Origin: Methanopyrus kandleri AV19
Lineage (GTDB): Archaea > JAADCQ01 > Methanopyri > Methanopyrales > Methanopyraceae
DNA: 32,000 nucleotides
Direction of reading: 5' to 3'
Assembly: GCF_000007185.1 (NCBI RefSeq)
Contig: NC_003551.1
Coordinates: 780,001-812,000, forward strand
The translations under genes were made by a program, and so were the position numbers. How positions within the stretch are numbered: the stretch's first letter is position 1; each line of letters begins with the position of its first letter. Below are positions 18,710 through 26,367 of the stretch, piece by piece. Under the pieces are notes generated by a model that saw only the letters and a list, made by a program, of their open reading frames with translations, was not told the DNA's origin and did no database searches.

Positions 18710-19576
18710 ATGTCCGGTACTCAGTACAGGTTGATCCCAGTTAAAAGCCGTTACTGGAAGGTAGGATCGGGCGCCGTCGAGAACGCGTTGGAAGCGTTAC
18801 GCGGGATCGAACTCAAGGACGGGGACGTCCTGCTGTTGTCGGAGAAGGCGGTAGCCGTCGCCGAGGGCGAGCTCATCGACGAGCGCGGGTACGAACCGGG
18901 TGTACTGGCGCGACTCTTGGTGATACTGTGGATGAGGGTAGTCTGGGGTAGGATCTTGGGGCCCCTACTAGGCCCTCTCATGGATCCCCCGATGCGCAGG
19001 GAAACGATCGAGAACCTGCGTAACTATCCGTTGAAGGATGGATCCCGGCACAAGCAAATGATCCTCGAGGAGTTCGGCCTATTGCATGCTTTGGAACCTG
19101 TGTCCGAAGCGGGTTGTGACGTCGGGAACGTGCCGGGGTATTACGCGGCTCCGGTCCCCGAGTCCGCGGATCGAGTGGCGAGGGAACTCCGCGAGGAACT
19201 CCGCCGTCGGCGAGGCGTCGACGTGTCGGTTATCGTCGGTGATACGGACAAAACGTATGAGATTCTAGGGATACTGTTCACTACGGTGGCGAGGGCTCAC
19301 CCAGACATCGTCACGGGTACGGGGGTAATCGGATTCCTGGTGGGCAGGTTACTAGCTAAGACGGTTGGCCCGACCCCCATCGCTATAGCAGGGGATGTTT
19401 CGGTGCGGGAAGCCATCAAGTTACTAGATATGGCCGAAGACGTGCGGACGAAAGGGGCAGGTAGGACGGTCTATGACGCCTTGGAAGAAGTGGGCGATCC
19501 AGAATCGCTGGATGAAGAGTTCCTGAACGGCTTTGAGCACGTCCCGATAGTAATAGCTCGACCCGTTACCCCGTGA
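18710..19576 (+). CDS. CofE-like (F420-0:gamma-glutamyl ligase family, COG1478-type) protein
   Basis: 'LKDGDVLLLSEKAVAVAEGELI', 'VDVSVIVGDTDKTYE' resemble CofE-family motifs. ATG 18710 is the plausible start. Confidence 0.65.
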   Translation: MSGTQYRLIPVKSRYWKVGSGAVENALEALRGIELKDGDVLLLSEKAVAVAEGELIDERGYEPGVLARLLVILWMRVVWGRILGPLLGPLMDPPMRRETIENLRNYPLKDGSRHKQMILEEFGLLHALEPVSEAGCDVGNVPGYYAAPVPESADRVARELREELRRRRGVDVSVIVGDTDKTYEILGILFTTVARAHPDIVTGTGVIGFLVGRLLAKTVGPTPIAIAGDVSVREAIKLLDMAEDVRTKGAGRTVYDALEEVGDPESLDEEFLNGFEHVPIVIARPVTP

Positions 19577-20180
19577 GCTTCAGCCCGTATTTCTCGATCT
19601 TCTCCGCGATCTTCTTCACGGCTTTCTCGGGCTCCTCTTCGGTCTTAGCCCCCGTACATACGGCCTTACCGGAGTAGAACAATAGCATCGCCACCTTGGG
19701 TTCCCTCAGTCTCAGTACCAGCCCTGGAAACTGCTCCGGTTCGTACTCGATCCCTTCGACGTCTTCGTCTCCCACCAAGACCTCCGCGATCGTGTCCAGG
19801 TCCAGTGGTACGTGGAAGTCGATCGACGCTACGATGTTCTGGATCTCCACTTCGGGTTCTCCGTGGAACTTCACTCCGCACTTCTTCTCCAGGTCTTCCC
19901 TGACCCTCTCGACGCTCTTGTAAATCTGCTCCCGATTCTTGGCACCGGTACACACCATTTTCCCGGATCTGAAGATCAATACCACAGTACCGATGTCTTC
20001 GAGCCTGTATACGAGTCCCGGAAACTGTTCCGGTTCGTACTCCCCTTGGAGTATTACGGAGCACTCGTCCAAGTTCACCTCTCCTTTGAGGTCGACGGAT
20101 GCTACGATGTTCTGGATCTCCACTTCGGGTTCTGGTACACCCTCCTCACGTTTTTCCGCCACGTCCGGTTCCCCCCTCAC
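19566..20180 (-). CDS. tbp: TATA-box-binding protein (TBP)
   Basis: Two-fold repeat: 'PEVEIQNIVASVDLKGEVNLDECSVIL..YEPEQFPGLVYRL...VVLIFRSGKMVCTGAK' and 'PEVEIQNIVASIDFHVPLDLDTIAEVL..YEPEQFPGLVLRL...AMLLFYSGKAVCTGAK'. Confidence 0.97.
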   Translation of the reverse strand: MRGEPDVAEKREEGVPEPEVEIQNIVASVDLKGEVNLDECSVILQGEYEPEQFPGLVYRLEDIGTVVLIFRSGKMVCTGAKNREQIYKSVERVREDLEKKCGVKFHGEPEVEIQNIVASIDFHVPLDLDTIAEVLVGDEDVEGIEYEPEQFPGLVLRLREPKVAMLLFYSGKAVCTGAKTEEEPEKAVKKIAEKIEKYGLKLTG

Positions 20181-21114
20181 ACGGCAGTGCCGGGACGGGT
20201 TCCCCCTCCAAGTACCGGAGGCCTAGGAGGCATAGGCCCCTAGCCTCCAACTCTTCACCGGCGAAGATCGAGACGTCTCCCTCCCAAAGCTCCGACACCC
20301 TCCGTTTTAAAAGTTCGTTTTTAACACCACCCCCGGAGAGAACCAGCAAGTCCATGTCGTACTGGGCCGCATTGATGACGATGGTCTCTGCCACGAGTTC
20401 TACCAAAGTACGGAGCACGTCTTCGGCTGGTGCCCCGGCATCTCGAATGTGGTCTCTCAGAACTCGCTCCTGTTCCGGCGGAACAGGGGCCAAGCTACCT
20501 CGCACACGCCCGAAGACGGGCTTCCCGTCGACGTCAACACTTCTCAACTCCCTCCGAAAGTTCTCGTCGACTTCTCCCTCGGCAGCTTTCTTACCACCTT
20601 CATCGTATTCCTTCCCCAACAGCTCACGTGCGGCCAAGTCGAGCGGGAACGTGCCGACACTGACCACAGCATCCCCGAAGTCGGGCCTTCCGTCCCTGAT
20701 CGGGGTCACTACCGCCATCGCTCCCACGTCCACATGTACGCAGTTCGGGTACTCCTCCGCGACGCAGTACGGTGCACCCACCGCGTCCCCGTCGGGTGCT
20801 CCCCAGGGGTCCCCGTACACGGCCAGCGTCGGTACGCCCGTCTTCTCGTGGATCATAGGTCCGAGAATTAATCCGAGTTCGTCGACGATAGTCCCCACAA
20901 CCGCGAGGTCAGGGTTAACGCGTCGCACACGCTCTATGACCCTGGGGGCTATCTCCTCCCGCAGCGCACGTCGGCTCTCCTCCAGCGTGAACACGCACGA
21001 GATCTTGCCGAAAACTCCCTCCTCCCGCGCTACGATCTCCCAATCCCCATCTTCATTCATAACGCAGTAATCCGTCCCCGTGTTTCCCAGCTGGATCCCC
21101 AACACACGCGTCAA
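20146..21114 (-). CDS. ASKHA-fold kinase-like protein, possibly methanogenesis marker protein 12 / DUF1464-related
   Basis: 'TRVLGIQLGNTGTDYCVMNEDG' phosphate-1-like motif, 'HVDVGAMAVVTP', 'LLVLSGGGVKNELLKRRV' adenosine motif. Likely TTG start at 21114 (track start 21222 would overlap rpl22). Confidence 0.65.
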   Translation of the reverse strand: MTRVLGIQLGNTGTDYCVMNEDGDWEIVAREEGVFGKISCVFTLEESRRALREEIAPRVIERVRRVNPDLAVVGTIVDELGLILGPMIHEKTGVPTLAVYGDPWGAPDGDAVGAPYCVAEEYPNCVHVDVGAMAVVTPIRDGRPDFGDAVVSVGTFPLDLAARELLGKEYDEGGKKAAEGEVDENFRRELRSVDVDGKPVFGRVRGSLAPVPPEQERVLRDHIRDAGAPAEDVLRTLVELVAETIVINAAQYDMDLLVLSGGGVKNELLKRRVSELWEGDVSIFAGEELEARGLCLLGLRYLEGEPVPALPCEGGTGRGGKT

Positions 21115-21198
21115 CGTCGACCCCCCGACCGTCTCCCGATGACGATTTAAGAGCACCCGGGCGCCGGCGGTGAATCCGGAAACGGGGGGTACTGGATT

Positions 21199-21678
21199 AT
21201 GCCCAAGACCAAGCACTGGCACTACTCAATCCCGCCGGAGGAGCTGGACGATGAACGGACTGCCAAAGCCTTCATACGAGAGCTGAGGATCTCCCCGAAG
21301 CATGCACGGGAGATATGCCGCGCAATCCGCGGGATGCCCCTAGACAGGGCCAAAGAGTTCCTACGTCGCGTGATCAGGAAGGAGGAGGCCGTACCGTTCA
21401 GGAAGCACAAGAAGAAGGTGCCGCACCGTCGGCAGATACGGCCCGGATGGGACGCCGGTCGGTTCCCGGAGAAAGCCGCACGGGAGATCCTCCGCGTCCT
21501 GGAGCACGCGGAAGCTAACGCCGAGTACAAGGGATTGGACACAGACCGCCTGTACATAAAGCACATAGCGGCGCACAAGGGCAGGGTGATTCGAGGTTGG
21601 ATACCACGTGCCTTCGGTCGCGCAACCCCGTTTAATACTCCGACGACTCACATCGAGGTGATTCTGGAGGAACGATGA
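21199..21678 (+). CDS. rpl22: 50S ribosomal protein L22
   Basis: '[36 protein letters not shown]', '[69 protein letters not shown]'. Confidence 0.97.
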   Translation: MPKTKHWHYSIPPEELDDERTAKAFIRELRISPKHAREICRAIRGMPLDRAKEFLRRVIRKEEAVPFRKHKKKVPHRRQIRPGWDAGRFPEKAAREILRVLEHAEANAEYKGLDTDRLYIKHIAAHKGRVIRGWIPRAFGRATPFNTPTTHIEVILEER

Positions 21679-21691
21679 GGGGACAGTATCC

Positions 21692-22375
21692 ATGGTTATG
21701 TACGGTGAGAACGTGCCCGTGCACAAGAAGTTCGTGCAGTACGGGATGCTTAAGACTGAGCTGGATGAGTACCTCGAAGAGGAGCTAGGCCGTGCCGGCT
21801 ACGGTGGAATGAGGCTACAGCGCGTGCCCAACGCCACCAAGATTATCGCCTACGTTGAGAGACCCGCTATCGCGATCGGTCGCCGTGGTCGCAACATTCG
21901 GCGGGTGGAAGAGGAGGTCCAGGAGAGGTTTCCTCTCCTAGGTCGAGTGTCGATCGAGGTGAAGGAGCTACCGAGTCCGGAGTTGAACCCACGCGTGGTG
22001 GCCAGGCGCCTAGCCTCGGCACTCGAGCGCGGTATCCACTTCCGCCGTGCCGCATACGGCGCGCTACGTCGCATCATGAACGCCGGAGCTAAGGGCGCGA
22101 TGATAATCCTATCCGGTAAGCTCATCGGTGCTCGTGCCAGGACGGAGAAGTTCATGGAGGGAGCCGTGAAGTATTGCGGCGAGCCAGGTGACGAGTACAT
22201 GATCGAAGGCTACGTACAGGCAGTGACTAAGCCCGGTGCCATCGGTGTGACGGTCCGCATCATGCCGCCCGATGTCGAACTGCCGGACGAGCTGGAGATC
22301 AGGCCACCGGAGGAGGTCGAGGACGAGCTGAAGGAACTCATCGGTAAGTCAGAGGACGAGGCCGAGGGGGCGTAA
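21692..22375 (+). CDS. rps3: 30S ribosomal protein S3 (KH domain)
   Basis: 'RPAIAIGRRGRNIRRVEEEVQERF' KH GxxG region; 'AMIILSGKLIGARARTEKFMEGAVKYCGEPGDEYMIEGYVQAVTKPGAIGVTVRIMPP'. Confidence 0.96.
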   Translation: MVMYGENVPVHKKFVQYGMLKTELDEYLEEELGRAGYGGMRLQRVPNATKIIAYVERPAIAIGRRGRNIRRVEEEVQERFPLLGRVSIEVKELPSPELNPRVVARRLASALERGIHFRRAAYGALRRIMNAGAKGAMIILSGKLIGARARTEKFMEGAVKYCGEPGDEYMIEGYVQAVTKPGAIGVTVRIMPPDVELPDELEIRPPEEVEDELKELIGKSEDEAEGA

Positions 22376-22612
22376 GTGTTGGGTAAGTTCAAGCTAAGAC
22401 CGGACGAGATCAGGGAAATGACGCCCGAGGAGCGACGGGAGAAACTCAAAGAGCTCAAGGCGGAGCTACTTCGAGAGATGACTTCGAAATCGATCTCAGG
22501 GGTCCCGGACAATCCTGGCAGGGTAAAAGAAATAAAGAAGAACATCGCAAGGATATTGACGACAGAAAGAGAAGAAGAGCTGCGTAAGATCCGTGAGACG
22601 GAAAAGGGTTAG
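22376..22612 (+). CDS. rpl29: 50S ribosomal protein L29
   Basis: 'LRPDEIREMTPEERREKLKELKAELLREMTSKSISGVPDNPGRVKEIKKNIARILTTERE', located immediately after S3. Confidence 0.93.
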   Translation: MLGKFKLRPDEIREMTPEERREKLKELKAELLREMTSKSISGVPDNPGRVKEIKKNIARILTTEREEELRKIRETEKG

Positions 22613-22631
22613 AGGGGAACTCGGAGTAGAG

Positions 22632-22952
22632 ATGCAGGAAGACGACATCTGCCCGGTTTGCGGTCTTCCCAAGGAACTTTGCGTATGTGAGGAAGTTTCC
22701 AAGGAGACAGTTGAGAAGATCAAAATATACACTGAGCAGGTCCGACCAGGTAAGGTAGTGACCATCATAGAGGGCTTAGACGACGCCGGTATCGACTTGC
22801 AAGAACTAGCCAGCAAGCTCAAGCGTGAGTGTGCCTGCGGGGGTACGGCCAAGGAGGGTAAGATAATCCTACAAGGAGACCACCGTAACAAGGTCCGAGA
22901 GTTCTTGATTAAGAAGGAAGGCTTCTCAGAAGACGCCATCGAGGTCACGTGA
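22632..22952 (+). CDS. Translation initiation factor aIF1 (SUI1)
   Basis: 'ICPVCGLPKELCVCEEVSKETVEKIKIYTEQVRPGKVVTIIEGLDDAGIDLQELASKLKRECACGGTAKEGKIILQGDHRNKVREFLIKKEGF'. ATG 22632. Confidence 0.95.
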   Translation: MQEDDICPVCGLPKELCVCEEVSKETVEKIKIYTEQVRPGKVVTIIEGLDDAGIDLQELASKLKRECACGGTAKEGKIILQGDHRNKVREFLIKKEGFSEDAIEVT

Positions 22953-23649
22953 TCCCCATCAAAAACACCCTTCTGCCCGATATCTCCTCGGGGAACGCCA
23001 CTCCTACATGGACTTGGTACCCGTGTTCTTCCAGAAACTTCCCCCTCATTCTACACACTTCAAGCTGGTATTCGACAGAACTTTCCGCCCTCTTGAGCAC
23101 CTCACGGACTCTTTCTATACCCTCATCTACGCCGAGTTCCTCCACGATCACGCGGGGGCTGGCCCTACCGTAGCAGCAAGGTACAACGAGTACGAAATGT
23201 GCGTCCGAGTTCACGGCCAGCTTGAGGAGCCTATCCGTGAGCGTACCGCACAGGTGTAATCCCACGATGACATCGGGGTCGTCCGGGAGACCATACTTCG
23301 CCGTCTCGTGAAGGTCGTTGACTTCGAATTCCAAGTTGTCGAGTCCCACTGATTCAACGTAGCGCTCGAGCTCCGTCCAAGTCTCGAACTCCTTGATGTC
23401 GAACCCGAGCACGTCACAGGACGGCGAAGAAACCGCCAGCGCCGTCGTCAGTGTCCCGCGGCCGCACCCGCAGTCTACTACCGTGTCCCCTGGTTTTAGC
23501 CTTGAGCATAGTAGCGTTAGTATAGTCTCAACTTGCTTCTTCTTCCTCCATGCGTCCCGACCGGACCTCGGAAACGCACACCTCGGTAAATACAGACAGC
23601 TCATACCGGAGGGGGTTCGATACCTTAACTCCAAGTCCCCTTCCCCCAC
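22949..23649 (-). CDS. Class I SAM-dependent methyltransferase
   Basis: 'GDTVVDCGCGRGTLTTALAVSSPSCDVLGFDI' motif I/II; 'VIVGLHLCGTLTDRLL', 'VVPCCYG' resemble a methyltransferase family with an LHxCG motif. Confidence 0.8.
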
Positions 23650-23876
23650 CCCCCGACCCTGAGGAACTAGTCGGTAAGAAGTTCAGAGTCGTGAGAGCGA
23701 ACTCCCGGACCTACTTGGGGATATCCGGTCGCGTGGTCGGCTTCACTAAGAACTGCTTGGTCTACGATGACGGTGGTGGTGATCAGAAGATACTCCCTCT
23801 CCGCCACATCGTGATGGAAGTGGAAGGGTTGCGCGTGGATGGCCGTACGTTACTCCGGCTCCTTCAAGAGCTTTAA
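23550..23876 (+). CDS. Candidate RNase P protein component 1 (Rpp29/Pop4 family)
   Basis: 'PEELVGKKFRVVRANSRTYLGISGRVVGFTKNCLVYDDGGGDQKILPLRHIVMEVEG' follows the Rpp29 pattern (ELLG..V.V..S....LGI.G.VV.ET.. .LVI...G....VPK). Located downstream of L29/aIF1, as rnp1 is in many archaea. Confidence 0.72.
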   Translation: MRPDRTSETHTSVNTDSSYRRGFDTLTPSPLPPPPDPEELVGKKFRVVRANSRTYLGISGRVVGFTKNCLVYDDGGGDQKILPLRHIVMEVEGLRVDGRTLLRLLQEL

Positions 23877-24587
23877 CAGTTCAATCGGTACTGGGATCAC
23901 TATGGTGACGTTCTCTTCCGCTGAGACCTCGGAGAGCGTCTGAAGGGTCCTCAGTAAGCCTGGGTTCACTCCTAAGACCTCCGATGCCTTCCGTAGATCC
24001 TGTGCGGCCTGTTTCTCCGCTTCCGCTTGGATCACCCTAGCTCGACGATCCCGTTCAGCTTCCGCCTGTCGGGCTATCGCCCGTCTCATCTCTTCGGGCA
24101 ATATTACGTCGCGGATTTCGACACCGGTGACGTGGATTCCCCATCCCTCCGTCTTCTCGTCTATGATCTCCCGAATACGCTCGCTCAGCTCCTCCCGCTT
24201 CGCTAGAATATCGTCCAAGTCGACCTCACCGAGCACCGATCTCAGTGTGGTTTGCGCCAGGTTGAACACGGCCTCTTCATAATCCTCGACGTTTAGCACG
24301 GCGGAGACGGGATCCACTACCCGGTAGTATATGACGGCGTCGACTTTAATCGGTACGTTATCCTTGGTGATGACTTCCTGAGCCGGTATGTTCTGAGTAA
24401 CGACCCGAAGATCCACCTTGATCATCTTGTCGATGAACGGGACGATGAAGTTGAGACCGGGTTCCCTAGTTCCAATGTACCGTCCAAGTCGTAGGAGTAC
24501 GCCTCGCTCGTATTGATTCACTATCCGAACCGAGGCCGCCAGCACGAGGAGGGCCAGTACTCCTCCGACCACTAGCGGTATGATCAA
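23850..24587 (-). CDS. Stomatin/SPFH (slipin, band 7) membrane protein
   Basis: N-terminal TM, 'SVRIVNQYERGVLLRLGRYIGTREPGLNFIVPFIDKMIKVDLRVVTQNIPAQEVITKDNVPIKVDAVIYYRVVDP', 'RQAEAERDRRARVIQAEAEKQAA'. Confidence 0.95.
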   Translation of the reverse strand: MIIPLVVGGVLALLVLAASVRIVNQYERGVLLRLGRYIGTREPGLNFIVPFIDKMIKVDLRVVTQNIPAQEVITKDNVPIKVDAVIYYRVVDPVSAVLNVEDYEEAVFNLAQTTLRSVLGEVDLDDILAKREELSERIREIIDEKTEGWGIHVTGVEIRDVILPEEMRRAIARQAEAERDRRARVIQAEAEKQAAQDLRKASEVLGVNPGLLRTLQTLSEVSAEENVTIVIPVPIELLKLLKEPE

Positions 24588-25012
24588 CGCCGCTCCCCGG
24601 TTTTCCTCCGCTTAACTACGAGTTTATTACCTTTTACATCCAGTACGACCACCCGCTCCCCTCGCCGTAACCGGGTCTTAGAGACGGCTCTCCACGGTTC
24701 TCCACGTACTTTCACCAATAGCGGGTCTTCCCGGATTACGATGCCTTCCTCCCCTTTAAGCTCCCCGACGCTCTTCAGAAGAACGTCGCTGCTTTCTTCC
24801 GTTCGTCTCAGAACCGCCGCCACCTGCATGAGGAGGACGAACGCGCCGGGCGGAAGTGTGGCAATCAGATATTTCGTTCCCATCAGGTACGCTCCGACCC
24901 ACGCGCATACTACCCCTATCATGGCCACTATACCAGTGTTAAGTACGCAATCTAAAACTATCAGCCCCACGCCCGCAAGGAGGAGACAGAGCTCTTGAGA
25001 CAAGGTGTCCAC
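24584..25012 (-). CDS. Short NfeD-like protein, stomatin partner
   Basis: TM segments followed by an OB-like C-terminus ('GELKGEEGIVIREDPLLVKVRGEPWRAVSKTRLRRGERVVVLDVKGNKLVVKR'); ATGA overlap with the slipin gene. Confidence 0.82.
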   Translation of the reverse strand: MDTLSQELCLLLAGVGLIVLDCVLNTGIVAMIGVVCAWVGAYLMGTKYLIATLPPGAFVLLMQVAAVLRRTEESSDVLLKSVGELKGEEGIVIREDPLLVKVRGEPWRAVSKTRLRRGERVVVLDVKGNKLVVKRRKTGERR

Positions 25013-25061
25013 CCCCTAGAACTATCCCTCCGGTTATGTGATATTCGAGCGGGGGAGCCAC

Positions 25062-26366
25062 GTGGACGTAGTGATCGGTGCGGGACCTGCCGGCCGCACT
25101 TACGCAATGATCCTCGCCGAAGCTGGACACGAAGTGCTGCTACTTGATAGAAATGGAAAGGAAGGAACCGGTGGCAAATGCCTGAACGAGGCGTGTGTCG
25201 TGCTCGGTGCGCTGATCGAGGCCGCTAGACTCGTCGTGTGGGCGAAGCTCGGTATTCCGGGAGTGGAGCTGGACGTCGGGGACATCAACTTCAGACGTCT
25301 AACGCGGTCCGTAAGGAAAGTCGTAGAGACCATACGACAACGATTGATCAAAGAGACCGAGAGAGCCGGTGTTGAGATTCTGCGGGCTGAGGCGGTGAAG
25401 GTAGACGAGTCGCTCAACGTCTACACCAAAGATGGTGATGTTCTCGAGGCCGATAGAGTGCTGATAGCCACCGGTTCCCGACCGGCGATTCCCGAGGTGG
25501 AGGGGGTGGATTCGGACGCCGTGTTTACTTTTCGGGAAATTTTGGAAATGGAAGTGCCCTCAGAGCTCTGCGTCGTCGGTGGAGGTCCGACGGCCCTTGA
25601 GTCCGCTTTTGCTTTCGCGGCTCTCGGGTCCGAAGTAGTTCTGGCGTACAGGTCTAGAATACTACCGAATGCTCCGGAGGAAGTCCGTCGCGAGATCCTT
25701 AAGGATTTGGAGCTCGTGGGTGTCAACGCCGTCCGTGCGGGAGAACTACGGGCGATTCGGGAGACTTCCAGCGGTGTGGAATGTAGGTTTGAGCGCGGAG
25801 CTACCGTGGCGGACGCAGTTTTACTAGCCACTGGCCTCGAACCTAACTCCGATATTGCCGCTAACTCCGGACTCCCCTTACGGAAGGACGGGTCCGTCGT
25901 GGTGGATGATGGGATGAGAACACCGCGTGATGGAGTTTACGCTGCAGGCGACGTGACAGGACCTCCCTATCTGACTCCCGTCGCTCGGTACGAGGGAACG
26001 GTGGCCGCACTGAACGCGTTGGGCAAGAACGTCCGACGGGGGAATCCGCCGGCTCCTCGCGTGATCAGACTCTTCCGAGACTTCGGCCGACTGGAACTGA
26101 GGGGGATCGACTGGGAAGGCTCACTCCCTACACCGGTAGGTGGACCCGCGTTCTGGATGCTTCATCATGGTATCAAGGGTAAGATGGTGTGCAGGAAGCG
26201 CGGAGTTACTACCGAGGCGTTCATCGTGGCGCCCAGAATCGCACCGATGCTCCCGTACCCACGCTGTGTGGAACCTGACTGGCGGCTGATCGAGGTGCAT
26301 CCTACCCCGGACCCTGTGATCGGCCTGCTCAAGCAGCTGGGGCTCCGCAGGACGCTTGGTGAGTGA
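25062..26366 (+). CDS. Pyridine nucleotide-disulfide oxidoreductase-like flavoprotein with atypical C-terminus
   Basis: 'VDVVIGAGPAGRTYAMILAEAGHEVLLLDR', redox motif GGKCLNEAC, 'VLIATGSRPAIPEVEG', 'LCVVGGGPTALESAFAFAALGSEVVLAYR', 'GVYAAGDVTGPPYLTPVARYEGTVAALN'. GTG 25062 behind a GGGGGAG; track start 25038. Confidence 0.85.
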   Translation: MDVVIGAGPAGRTYAMILAEAGHEVLLLDRNGKEGTGGKCLNEACVVLGALIEAARLVVWAKLGIPGVELDVGDINFRRLTRSVRKVVETIRQRLIKETERAGVEILRAEAVKVDESLNVYTKDGDVLEADRVLIATGSRPAIPEVEGVDSDAVFTFREILEMEVPSELCVVGGGPTALESAFAFAALGSEVVLAYRSRILPNAPEEVRREILKDLELVGVNAVRAGELRAIRETSSGVECRFERGATVADAVLLATGLEPNSDIAANSGLPLRKDGSVVVDDGMRTPRDGVYAAGDVTGPPYLTPVARYEGTVAALNALGKNVRRGNPPAPRVIRLFRDFGRLELRGIDWEGSLPTPVGGPAFWMLHHGIKGKMVCRKRGVTTEAFIVAPRIAPMLPYPRCVEPDWRLIEVHPTPDPVIGLLKQLGLRRTLGE

Positions 26367-26367
26367 A

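Noticed and set aside
20099-21070. 323-aa plus-strand ORF opposite the ASKHA-like gene
   Set aside because: Ser/Pro/Thr-rich antisense shadow; the minus-strand frame has recognisable ASKHA motifs (LGNTG, SGGGVKNE).
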